Assembly: GCF_030684315.1 (NCBI RefSeq)
Contig: NC_081378.1
Span: 34,396,252-34,460,251, forward strand
Source: Stegostoma tigrinum
Lineage: Eukaryota
DNA length: 64,000 nucleotides
Reading direction: 5' to 3'
Shown: positions 1 through 12,064 of the stretch, piece by piece
How the letters are laid out: each line of letters opens with the position of its first letter
Numbering within the stretch: position 1 is the stretch's first letter
Notes under the pieces: model-generated
Seen by the model: the letters and a program-made list of their open reading frames with translations, nothing else
Told to the model about the DNA's origin: nothing
Database searches by the model: none
Program-made: the position numbers and the translations under genes

Positions 1-185
1 GTCTCAACCCAAAATGTCAACTTTTCTGTTCCTCTGATGCTGCCTGGCCTGCTGTGTTCTTCCAGCTCTACACTGTGTTATCTCTGTCTCCTGCATCTGC
101 AGTTCTTACTATCTCTGCGTGAGTTATAACCCCCACTGCAAAGCCTCTTCTAAGGATGCCCTCCTAGAAGAAGTTGTCCTCCGGC
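1..185 (+). mobile_element. Neptune-type PLE pseudo-LTR fragment
   Basis: Shares gatgctgcctggcctgctgtgtt...gcatctgcagtt with the 3' end of 42952-45517. Confidence 0.75.
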
Positions 186-1140
186 AAGAAATATAACTGT
201 TCTTGTTTCAAGTAATTCGCTTTTAAATGTAATAATTATGTGAGCAAAGTGTTAAACAGGAATACCCTGCATTCTTTGGATGCTATCAATTAATCTTTAT
301 ACATGTTGAATGGCAAAGGCTAAAAATCAATAAGAAATGTAGGTTAATTTTAAACAGACCACTAAACTGTTGAAGAATCTCAGAATTCAGGGAGACTGTT
401 CAACCCACTATGCACATGCTAGCCCTCTGCAGTAGTGAGTGCCACTTCTGTGCCTTCTACCAATTGTCCTGCACATTTCTCCTCATCAGAAAATCATCCA
501 ATCCTTTCTGAATGTCTTGAAACCATTTGCCTCTACCATGTTTGTAGGCAGCACATTCCTGATCCGAAAAACTCAATGTGTCAGACGGATTTTCCTCCCT
601 TCGCCATTACTTCTCTTACAAATCATCTAAAGTCTTGGCATTTTTAGGTCTCAATCGGAACCAATGGGAACAGTTTCTCTCCATCCTGAATACTTCTATC
701 AAATATGTTCCAGACCAGATTAGTCATCCTCAACAAATGTGAGAACATCAACAAAATGCAGGCCATTCTTAATGATGGGTGCAAATTTGTATCCATTTGA
801 CCTGCCTGTCATCATTACAAGACAGCCTTACTCTAAAGCAAGCTAAGAGCGCAACTTGTATACGTGCAATGGGAAGTCAGTTGATATATATGACAGGGTT
901 TGTTCATATATGCACACAAAAGCGATGTCCCTTTTACTCCCAATCTCATGTGCTTAACATGAACTGCCACATGATTGAGCAAAATCGCTATGAGCAAGTT
1001 TTCCACATGCACAATGAGGGATTTTTTTCTCATTTGCAAGGGCAATTTAGCTCTTGCATATTGATAGCAATGCAGCATCCATGTGTTCATTTGACATTGC
1101 TAGCCTCTTCACCAACGTACCACTGACAGAAACCACAGGC

Positions 1141-2200
1141 ATTTGAACCACAGCACTGTTTCATGGTGATCTCGACCTGCTACCATAGTATGAATCAGCA
1201 GTCATCAAACTCATGAACACAGCAATTCGTGAAACTGGGTTTAGCATTAATAACATGACACACCCAAATAAATGGGATTCCGCTAGGCTCAGCTCTCAAA
1301 CATCATTGTTAAGCACCACAAAGAACAGGCCTTGCATATTTCTGATACGTTGATGATCCATTTTCTATATTCGAATCCACTGCTGCATGTTAGAGTTTCC
1401 TTACATGTCTTAATGTTAGTGCACACAAAAACAGCTTTGAAATGAACAGTCTAATGAGCTCCTTTTTCTCAACGTCCCAGTTGAGCAATCAGCCAAATGG
1501 TCCTCTACTGCAGTCTTCTGCAAACCTAACTTCACTGGTCAGTTAGGAATCCTGCAGTTCCATGTCCTATAAGATTAATCTTCTTGGTAACCTTGTAAAT
1601 AGGGCCCAAGTCATTTGCCCATTGTGTAAGCTTAATACCAAAACAGCGTACATCAAAATGACTATCCTGATCAGATCTGTTCTCATTGAATATCACAAAA
1701 ATTCACAAATGGGCCTACGAGTCCCTAGTCTACCTCAGATTATAGTGGTAAGTAATCCTAAACAACTGGTGAAGTTATAGCTGTTTCACAATGCTAATAC
1801 ACAATAGTAAGTTAAGCAGTATTTGCTACTAACAGGATGCTGCTGTGGAACCAAAAATCTTCTGCCTGTCACACAAATGAGTTATGTGGTCTATGAATTT
1901 CAGTATCAGTGTGGAGGTTGTACATACCAATCAGTGTCAGATTATATCAAGCAGCAATTACTGACCATATGCAACCAGCCCATACTGGCAACAATCAACA
2001 CAGAATCCAGCATTAAATGTTATTCTGTAACTGAAAAGCATTTGCCACATATCCTGAGTGTGAAAAGAATTAAACAGACAACAAATTTAAAGTTAGGCTT
2101 GTAGTAAGGTGCACTTATATCTGTTGGAAGGTACATAAATTAATACCCAGGGCCCTGCTGTTTGCAGAATATGTGGTGTATGTACATGCCATTTCAACGC
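1141..2200 (+). mobile_element. Highly degenerate Penelope-like element (third family)
   Basis: Frameshifted MGxPLGSAL-NI and YVDD RT motifs near 1272-1360; SYVVYEFQxQC GIY-YIG-type motif in ORF 1823-2104. Confidence 0.55.
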
Positions 2201-2559
2201 AACAAATTAGATGGCCGCTACTGTGTGGTTCATTTTTTGAGATAATGCATTGACCAGAGTCAATTATTTATAATTTAATCAGAGCTTGACATTCAGAAAC
2301 ATACAAACAAGGACTAAAAGTAGGTCACTCAGCCCTTTAAGCCTGCTCCACCATTATAAAAATTGTAGCTAATCTGATTCTGTTCTGGAAGCAGAGGCTC
2401 AGATTGGAAAAGTGAATAGCAGTTTTCATACCTTTATAATATCTCGCTGAAACTCCTTTGTTCCAACAAGAACACCACCAGCTTCTCCAACCTAATCATG
2501 TAGCTAAAAGCTCATCCCTGGAATCATTCTTGGTAATCCCCTCCTTGTATGTTACATCC

Positions 2560-3312
2560 TTTTTATAGAGTGTTGGTACATGAATAGGAAAGGTTTAGAG
2601 GGATATGGGCCAAATGGGACTAGATTAGTTTATGATATCTGGTCGAGTTGGATGAAAGGATCTATTTCCGTACTGTACAACTCCACAGATTTATTGGTCA
2701 ATACAGTGACTACAGGAGTTGGGAGGTCATGTTGCGGCTATACAGGGCATTAGATAGGCCACTTTTGGAATAATGCATTCAATCTGGTCTCCCTGCTACA
2801 GGAAGGGTGTTGTGAAACTTGAAATGGTTCAGAAAAGATTTACAAGGATGTTGCTTCAGTTGGAGGGTTTCAGCTACAGGAAGAAGCTGAATAGGCTGCA
2901 GCTATTTTCCCTGGAGTGTCAGAGGCTGAGGGTTGACCTTATAGACGTTCATAAAATCATAAGGGGCATGGATAGGGTGAATAGCTAAGGTCTATTCCCC
3001 GAGCTGGGGCATCCAAAACTAGACGGCATACGTGTAAGGTGAAAGGGAAACGATTTAAAAAGGGACCTAAGGTGCATCTTTTTCATGCAGAGGGTGGTAC
3101 AGGTACAGAATGAGCTGCCAGAGAAAGTGGTGGAAGATGGTACAATTACAATATTTAAAAGGCATCTGGATGGGTAAATGAACAGGAAGGGTTTAGACGG
3201 ATGTGAACCAAATGCAGGCAAATGGGACTAGATTAATTTAGGATGTCTGATCAGCACGGACAACTTGGACCCAAAGGTCAGTTTCCATGCTGTACAGCTC
3301 TGTGATTCTATA
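2560..3312 (+). mobile_element. CR1-clade LINE 3' fragment
   Basis: [36 protein letters not shown] is the typical CR1 ORF2 C-terminus, followed by 3' UTR. Confidence 0.85.
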
Positions 3313-3639
3313 ACTCAATGACCAGAACTAGATGCAATGTTTCAGCTGTGGCCCACCCAGAGCTTTGTGAACATTCAGCATCTTGTACTCAGTGCCTCTT
3401 TTCAGTGCTGGTTCAACCACCAGGTGGTCACAGGGTGACAGGATTTGTGGCCAGCACATATGTCATGGTGGCAAAATACTGAACTGAAATTTCATAAGAG
3501 TTTTAAAATGGAACAAGCAACTTTCCATAAGTGTCCAAAGCACTCTGAACATAAAGCTTTTACCAACGCAGAATATCTTTATTTGGAAATTTTAAAAGGA
3601 ACTTAGGATTTGAGAGAGATTCAGCGCTTCTTAAAGAAC

Positions 3640-5480
3640 AATACAGCACAAAAATTGGCCCTTCAGCCTTCCAAGCTTGCAACGACATACTTTGCCCTTC
3701 CATATTAAAACTGTCTTCACTAACAGAATCTGTGTCCCTCTATTCCATTCCTATTCACGTATTCGTCCAGGTGCTTCTTGAATGCTGCTATCGCGTCTGC
3801 TTCCACCACCTCCTCGGGTTGTTCATATATGCATGTGCTAGAACAAGGCACACAAAAGCGATGTCCCTTTTACTCCCAATCTCATCTGCTTAACGTGAAC
3901 TGCCACATGATTGAGCAAAATCGCTATGAGCAAGTTTTCCACATACACAATGAGGGATTTTTTCTCATTTGCAAGGGCAATTTAGCTCTTGCATATTGAT
4001 AGCAATGCAGCATCCATGTGTTCATTTGACATTGCTAGCCACAGCTGAAACATTGCATCTAGTTCTGGTCATCGAGTTATAGAATCACAGAGCTGTACAG
4101 CAATGGAAACAGGCCTTTGGGTCCAAGTTGTCCATGCTGATCAGACATCCTAAATTAATCTAGTCCCATTTGCCTGCATTTGGCTCACATCCGTCTAAAC
4201 CCTTCCTGTTCATTTACCCATCCAGATGCCTTTTAAATGTTGTAATTGTACCATCTTGCACCACTTCCTCTGGCAGATCATGCTATACCTGTACCACCTC
4301 TGCACCCTGTGACCACCTGGTGGTTGAACAGGAAGGGTTTAGACAGATGTGGGCCAAATGCAAGGCAAATGGGACTAGGTTAATTTTCCTCTGGCAAAGT
4401 GTTTCAGGCACTCATCGCCCTTTGTGTGAAAAACGTGCCTCACACATCTTTTTTAAACTTACGCCCTCACACCTTAAACTTATATCCCCAAGAAATTGAC
4501 CCCTCCACCCTGGGAAAAGGCCTCAAACTTTCCACTCTATCCATGCCATTCACAATCTTATAAACTTCTATCAGGTCACTCCTCAACCTCCTGTGTTCCA
4601 GTGAAAACAAATCCAGTCTATCCAACCTTTCTTCACAGCTAATATCCTCCATACCAGGCAACATCCTGATAAACCTTTTCTGTGCCTTTTTTCAAGTATC
4701 CACATCCTTCTGGTAGCATGGTGACCGGAGTTGTATGCATTATCCCAAGCGTGGCCTAACTAAAGTTCTACAAAGCTACAGCATAATTTGTCTATCCTTG
4801 TATTCAATACTTCTTCCAATGAAGGCAAGCATGCCATAGGCCATTTTTGTTTTTTTTACGAACTTATCTAGCTGTGCTGCCACCTTCAGTGATCCGTGGA
4901 CCAGCATGCCCAGATTCCTCTGCATATCAATACTCCGATAGGTTCTGCCATTCACTGCATAATTTCCACCTGTATTTGACTTTCCAAAATGCATCATCTA
5001 ACATTCGTCCAGATTAAACTCTACCTGCCATTTTGTGCCCATGCCTCCAACTGATCTGCATCCTGTTGTATCCTCTGACAATCCTCCTCACTATCTGCAA
5101 CCCCACCAATCTTTGTATCATCCGCAAACTTACTAATTAGACCAGCCACGTTTTCCTCCAAATTATTTATGCAGATCATTTAATTCCTTGTTTAAGTTCT
5201 TTCCTACTTTCCTCATATACTTCAAAGGCCTCATCAGTTCCAATCCTCTTAGACCCACGTCTTAAACAGCCACCCCCAGTTAACACTCCCCACTTACTGC
5301 CTAATATTGTTGTAGTTCGCCTTCCCCCAATTTAACATCTTCACCTGAGGACTACTGTTATCCCTAACCATGAGTAATTTGAAACTCACATATTATGGTC
5401 ACTACTCCCAAAACGCTTCCCCACTGAAACTTCAGTCATCTATCCAGGGTCATTTCCCTGAACTAGGTCCAGTATAACCC
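3640..5480 (-). mobile_element. CR1-clade LINE fragment interrupted by a mosaic insertion at 3816-4386
   Basis: ORFs 4467-4664 and 4776-4997 are CR1 ORF2 C-terminal pieces (MHFGKSN, AYGMLAFI, LFSLEHRRLRSDLIEVYKI). Confidence 0.85.
3816..4386. repeat. Mosaic local duplication of four templated segments
   Basis: 3816-4040 = 896-1105 (direct); 4038-4304 = 3352-3086 (inverted); 4303-4329 = 3437-3411 (inverted); 4325-4386 = 3179-3239 (direct). Confidence 0.9.
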
Positions 5481-5789
5481 CTTCCTTGGGTGGACTGATT
5501 ACACACAAAAGAGATCTTTTGCGTCCATCTGAAAAGTTTAATTGAAAGATGGAACTACTCCTTCAGTACTGCACTGGAGTGTTAGCCTTTATGATTATCA
5601 GGTATTGGAGTGGGGCTTCATCTTTTCAAACGGTTAGAGTGCTACTAACCAAGTTACAGCTGTCACCCAGTCTTAATGATATGCAATTAGCAGTTGAGAC
5701 ATTCTCTTTGACAGCATATAATGAAAAGGAAATACCCCAAAAGAAAACATGGTGGGAGAAAAAAGTACAATGTTTCAGGGTTTGACCAT

Positions 5790-6310
5790 AAGACAATAAT
5801 ATAAGGGAGCAGAATTAGGTCATTTGGCCCACTGAGTCTACACCATTCGATCATGGTTAATATGTTTCTTAATCCCATTCTCCTGCCTTCTCCCCTTAAC
5901 GATTCATCCCCTTACCCATCAAAAGCCTATCTATGTATTTCCATCTTAAATACTTAAATGACTTGGCCTCCACAGCTCTCTGCGACAATGAGTTCCACAG
6001 ACTAACTACTCTCTGACAAAAGAAATTCCTCCTCAGCTCAGCTCTAAAATGCTGTCCCTTCACCCTGAGGCTGCGGCCTTGGTTCCTAGTCTCTCCCATT
6101 AGTGGAAGCATCTTGTCCACAACCACTCTATCCAGGCATCAGTAGTCTAAGTTTCATTCAGATCAGACTCAGAGTTCTCAACCACTCTTCATATGACAAG
6201 CCCTTCATCCCTGGGATCATTTTCATAAACCTCCTCTGGACCACTCCCAATGTCAGCACATCCTTCCTCACATACAGGGCCCAAAATTTCTCTCAATATT
6301 CTAAATACGG
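5790..6310 (-). mobile_element. CR1-clade LINE 3' fragment
   Basis: ORF 5896-6126 (RRNFFCQRVVSLWNSL) and CR1-type 3' UTR. Confidence 0.8.
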
Positions 6311-8159
6311 TATGGATCTTCAGACTTCCACAAATCAACTTCATACCCCAAATATTTAACTTACTTAGAATTCTTAATCTATCTGCCTTTTATACAGCAA
6401 AAGCAATGGAGCAAACTTTCAGATCAAACCTGCTGCTTTTGTTCACTGATGCCCTTCAGGATAAGAAGTCTGTTGAGTCAATCCAGTCTATAGTTGACTC
6501 TGGACCCATTCTACCATTACCATCAAGCCAGTAAATCAATCATGGCTCAATAAAGAGTGCAGGAAACTATGCCAGGAACAACACCAAGTAGACCAAAAAT
6601 ATGAAGTGCTAACCTGGTGAAGCTGAACACAGGATCTTCCTAAATAATGGAAAGAACCTGTTTGCAATAGACAAAGCTAAGAGATCTCACAGCTGACAGA
6701 TATGATCAAGTTCACAAGTCCTACCACTCTATTCGTGACTGGTGATCAATTCTCCTCCTGTCACTTTGATGGTTGAGGGTTCAAAAGGACACCAGTACCA
6801 ATGTTGATGTCACCTCATAGGCACTATTAAATCAAAACTTAAATGATTTGAAAGTCTAATTGCAAATATTACATATTAAGTGACTGATGCAGGGACAGGC
6901 AAAGGCACTTTCTTTTTTATGCATTTACTTATCCTGTAGAGATCCAACTATTGTTCTTGAATGTTAAGATTCTTTCACGTCCCCATTTAATTTTTTTCAG
7001 GATTTCTCCTCCCCCTACATTCTGACTCTTAGACACTTGGGGATTGGTTTTCAACATGCCTTTGTATCTAAATTTGATGTGGATCCAATACATTATTTCA
7101 TATACAGGAATCCTCCACGTGAACTCACATGGCTGGCCCAGTGAAGGTCAGTTCAGATAAACACACTGTTAATACTAGGTACAAAGTACCTTGCAAGAAA
7201 TGTTAGAAGTTTTGCCTATTACTTTACATCGCAAATGGATCATAAGTAATGAGGGCAGATGCATCTAGTCACATTGTGACATAAGTAAGTCACCCATGAC
7301 TCTCAGCCACAGCGAATGGGTGCGAGAACCTTTAACTGGGCAGACTTTGATCTTTGCTTTAAAGCAAACTCTCTGTTCTTTTCAAATCCTGTGGTTGAGC
7401 CTAACAAATGCTGATCTTGCTGTGGCCAAGCAACTAGCAATTCCATCATCCTACACAGTGCTGTTGGAGTGAATACTCTCAAGATAGCAGAATTTCTGAA
7501 CTAAGCTGAAGGGCGTATTTTTGATTGTGATGATGAAGTGCCAATACCACATACGTTGCAGAGATTCAAGATGGTAGCTCACCACCGCTTTCTCAACAGC
7601 AATTAAAAATGGACAAACTCTAGGTTTGTCAATGATACCCATAGCCTTGAAACACTTATTCAAAAAAAAATCTAAGTGACTCTCTCTGACAATTTCACAT
7701 ATTCCAGGATACAACACTGTTTTTGGCATTGTTGTGTACCTGACGACATTAGTAGGAATGTTCTTGATGCAATAACACACCTTTAGGTTGTCATCAACTC
7801 CCAATAACAGTGCCAAGACAGAATACAAGACTTCCTTCTGAGGGCAGTCACTTACCCCTGACTCCAATTCAAAGCATCTGAATGTCCCACAGTACAGAAC
7901 TCTCAAATTTTAGTGTCATCAATACCTGCCTAAAAGGTAAACGAGATGAATATTTCTAAATCCATAAACTTACTTGAACATTATATAGGGAGGACACAGC
8001 CAGAATACATTGAATAATAAAAGTGAGCATGTTCTAATGGTTATGAAATACTGTCCTGCCTCATGATTCAATGGCTGCTATTTTTTAAAAAAAGGCATAA
8101 AAAAGGCCCTTTGACCCATCATGTCCACGTTGCCAAAAACCACCCACAAGGCGGGAAAA

Positions 8160-8295
8160 AACACGGGCGTTTCACCGGAGGCTGCACTGATGAGGTTACC
8201 CAGCAGAATAATGAAACGTCTGTGGAACAACAAACCAGCTCGGCAAGCCAACCAACCACAACCCAAGCTATAAATCTACTCCAAAACTTTACAAC
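8160..8295 (+). mobile_element. Solo PLE pseudo-LTR fragment with hammerhead core (8182-8225)
   Basis: CTGCA CTGATGA GGTTACC...GAAACGTC TGTGG; homologous to 10355-10485 and 13000-13130; helix II degenerate. Confidence 0.7.
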
Positions 8296-8808
8296 CACCT
8301 AGTCTAATCCCACTTTCCAGATCTCGACCCATAGCCGTGTATGCCTTGGCATTGCAAGTGTCTTTTTTGAATTCAATCAGTTCAAAGTAACATAGCAAAG
8401 TAGCCAAGGAATTCCCTGCCTACTGAAGCAGTTATGGCTACCTTATTGAATATTTTTACGGCAAAGATTTTTGGACAGTAAAGGAATCAAGTATTTTGGT
8501 GAGAAGGGGAGTAAGTAGGCCTGAGTCCACGAAAAGATCAGCCACGACCATATCGATTGGCGGAGCAGGCTCGAGGGGCCAACGGCCTGCTACTATTTAT
8601 GTTCTCATACTTCTGGAACAGGCCCTGTGCCCAGGTATCCTGGTTCAGAGGTAGGGACACTACCACTCTGCCAGAAGAACGAGTCGTACCAAAATAAGAG
8701 CCCTAGCAACGGTCAGGGGTGCTCGGACCATCTTGTTGTCCAGATCCCAGTAGCTACTGCAGTGAAACACTGTATCAAACCCTTAACTATGTGCTATCAG
8801 TTCCTCAC

Positions 8809-8893
8809 CTTTCCGTCTCAACAGCAGCGCCGCTACAGCACTGTCCACACCTCCGGACAGGGCACACACCACATGCCGCAGCGGGCGGCTCAT
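8809..8893 (-). CDS. TRMU: Mitochondrial tRNA-specific 2-thiouridylase 1, coding exon 1 (remaining exons lie left of the window)
   Basis: Reverse strand reads [28 protein letters not shown](G) followed by G|gtgagg. It has the SGGVDS PP-loop and closely matches the human TRMU N-terminus. It lies in a CpG-rich patch and downstream of GTSE1 in the same orientation, as in human. No exon 2 was found in 1-8808. Confidence 0.96.
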
Positions 8894-9570
8894 GGCCGGT
8901 GTTGGGAACAGAGGGCCCCCGAGCCGAGCCGAGCCGAGCTGAGCTGAGCCTCTCGGTTAACCCATCAGCACCGCCATGCTGCAAGTCGTGTCCCTCGTAA
9001 TATTAATCCCCCCCGGAAACAGCGTCCGGCTGGTGGAGTCCGGTCCAGAGATGTTTATTCCACTGCCCCGCACACACACACACAACCCTGACATTGTTTA
9101 ACCGTCTGTGCCGTGTTTGAAAATGTCAGGCGGCCATGAAGACAAGTGACTATATGAAGTCAAACATCAGTGAACACCAACAGAGCAGAAACTGCAGATC
9201 TAGGAAGCTCCTTTATTTCTAAACAAACCTCTGGGGACCCATTGTCAAGATTTGCAAATACCCCCTTGGAATATTCAACTGACAATTTAATACAATCGGG
9301 GGCTCAAAATTAAATTTGACCCTGATAATATTGCTTAATAAGATTTAAAAGAATTCCATCAGAGAAATGAGCTCGGCCCAAGAGAGGGATACCATGCTGA
9401 AATTCATTAATGAAACTTTTTTTTTAAAAATCATTTTCAAACTCACTTAAGCAAAACAGCATCCCTGCAATGTTATGATACGTTTGTTTGGCCGCTTTTT
9501 TTTTGGTTTTTTGACAGGAAACCGGAAATACACTGGAAAAGCATCTAATGCTGCACCGGAACGTAAAGAG
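8820..9570. promoter_or_regulatory. CpG-rich, probably bidirectional promoter of TRMU and the SRR-like gene
   Basis: Local CpG enrichment around TRMU exon 1; ETS-type CCGGAA at 9013-9018, 9522-9527 and 9556-9561; the two genes are head-to-head. Confidence 0.6.
8919..8950 (+). repeat. Pentamer repeat (CCGAG)4(CTGAG)2 just upstream of the TRMU ATG
   Basis: Read directly from the sequence. Confidence 0.85.
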
Positions 9571-10074
9571 TAGACTTGAAAAGTAGTGAGCATTTTTATT
9601 TTAAACTATATAGTTTAAAGTATTTCTTTATGTTAAAATATACTACCACTAAATTTATTTTTCATTGCTGTTTTGATCTTGTTACTGCCTTATGTATGTG
9701 GTTTCTAGCTGTTTCCAAGTTTACTTTCTCCTGTCGTGAAGATGATCGCCCTCTCCAACGCTAGGATATAACAGACTGGGGGAAGGATGATATCCATCAG
9801 ATTTAAAATCAAAACAGCCAATATTTTTAAAAACTTTTTCACAATCTCAGGCCAGAATGAAGTGTATCGAGAAAAACACTTGGAGTTTAGTCTCCTTCGT
9901 AATCAAGAAAACGCAGTAAATTCGTGCATAACAAGGCTCCATAAACCTTGAAAATGGCAAGATAAATAATTGCATCTGACAAATGGAACTGAAAGGAAAT
10001 CCTTTCTAAAATAACTAACAACGAGCACGATGTTCTAGAATTAAGTAAAATACTACAGGATAACTTGTCACCTG

Positions 10075-10485
10075 GATGTGAGTTTGCTCGCTGAGCTGGA
10101 AGGTTTGTTTTCAGACGTTTCGTCATTTCCTGTTCTTTTTCTCAGAGGGTGGTAGATGGGCTCCAAAATCAATGTGTTTGTTGATGGCGCTCCGGAATGC
10201 TTCTAAGCATTCATGGCATTCCAACCGGAACTCCATCAACAAACACATTGATTTGGAGCCCATCTACCACCCTCTGAGAAAAAGAACAGGAAATGACATC
10301 ACCAACCCAAGGAAACCTAAACCGATAAATAGAAAGCGGGACATAACACCAGCGCTTCACCGGAGGCGCACTGATGATGTTACCTAGAATGGTGACAAAA
10401 CATCTGAAAACAAACCTTCCAGCTCAGCGAGCAAACTCACATCCAGAACCCCAACCTGAGCTACAAATCTTCTCAAAACTCACTA
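10075..10485. mobile_element. Foldback mini-PLE (Penelope/Poseidon type) with 13-bp TSD
   Basis: Left arm 10072-10200 is the reverse complement of right-arm segments within 10215-10446; AACTTGTCACCTG at 10062-10074 and 10486-10498; peptide remnant [18 protein letters not shown]. Confidence 0.85.
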
Positions 10486-11889
10486 AACTTGTCACCTGTT
10501 TAACCCAAGTCCTTACATATGACTATCTTGAGCTCACTGCTTTGCTCACTAACAAGTTTATAACATTGGAAAACCTTGTTAGAGGCGTGTATACTCTTGA
10601 AGGTGGACGAGGAAACAAAATACTCGGGTATTTTAATTACCTCAGATATTGGAGCTAATAACATTTATTGCATCTGCATTTTAACACCAATAGAAACAGG
10701 GTTGACAGGGGCTACTTAGTTGAGACGACTGTTAACAATTCAAAATGAATCTTAGAAAGATGAGATAGCTGCTTTTCGTAGACTAATGGCCCTATTCCCA
10801 TTATTTCATGATATGAAAAGTTTGGGGGGGGGGGGGAGAAAAAAAGAAAAGAAATCACAGAAATCAGTGTATATAACATCTCAACAACAGATGAACTTAG
10901 CTGGGTAAGTGACAGATGCCACAGTATTCCCTGAGCTAGCAAGGAGATGGGGTTTACATGTTTCTGCCTCAAGATTGCTTTTTAATTACTCCTATGAGAC
11001 AGCTTTTTTGGATGGGAAATAAACTGTGCACACAGCTGTAGCTTTTAAAAAAAAAAAAATCAACCTGTTCAGACATGTTGTGATACACTTCTGGAGCAAG
11101 TAGAACTTGAACGCACGATTTCTGGCAGAGGGCTAGGGACACAACCACTCTGGCACTGGGCTCCCTACACAGCTATACTCTTAACAGTTAAAAGAAAAAC
11201 TATCAAATGGTCACACATGATAAATGGTTATTTAGGTAAAAATGAGGACCTCACAGAACAACTTGCAGCTGTGTAATATCCTCAATATAATAATCAAAGG
11301 CATATTAAAGAGGGGGAAGAACAAAACAAATAAAACGGAATGCCAAACTATGGAAGGAGAGTTGGAAGAGGGCCAAAGATTTAGTCAAAACTAAAATGTC
11401 TCTTGAAAGATCATTGAAGAGATCAAGGGACTTAGGATGGCAAATAAAACCATGGCTAAGGTCTCTGCCAATAATGATGGAGTGAAGGTCAGGGGAAAGT
11501 CACAAAGTCTCGAGTTTGAAAACCTTAAGAAGGGAAAAGGTGGCACGTCAGGTAAAGCTGCAGAGATATGAAGGGGAGGAAGTTTGAGAGACACTGATGT
11601 CTCATACCATGACATGATTCAGATTTTTCCCCTCTAGAAAGTAAATTAGAAACAAAACAACAATTCCTCACTTTTTCATAGAATGCATCAGACGCCTTTT
11701 AAATAGCTATCTGAATCTTTCTTGTAGCAACATTTGATCACAAAACTACGTAAAATTTGAAGTAGTGGATCAAATCTCTGTGACTTTTTGGTAGATAGAA
11801 TGAGACAAGAATAACGTAGATATCAACTTATTCTTAAACTGTTTTTTAAAGTGCATTTCTATGTTTTACAATTCAGATTCAAAACAGAA

Positions 11890-12064
11890 ATGGAAGAAGC
11901 AGAAACCTTGCTGAGTTTACAGATGTTACAGGAAGCCAGGGAAGCAGTAAAGCAGAGTACTTTGCAAGTTATTGAAACTCCTGTGATCCATCTGCCTCAT
12001 GGGGCAGTTCCAATGAAAATCAACTGCGATCTGTATCTTAAGCTTGAAAACATGCAAACAACAG
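11890..12064 (+). CDS. SRR-like coding exon 1
   Basis: Acceptor ttcag before 11877; ATG at 11890; MEEAETLL...KLENMQTT(G); donor G|gtcagt. Confidence 0.92.

Noticed and set aside
7451-7906. 151-aa minus-strand ORF as possible TRMU exon 2
   Set aside because: No similarity to the expected GVFMKNWD/YVKEYW sequence, and it overlaps a SINE tail remnant.
8919-8950. GAGCT/GAGCC pentamers resembling immunoglobulin switch repeats
   Set aside because: Only six units next to a housekeeping start codon; a simple microsatellite is sufficient explanation.
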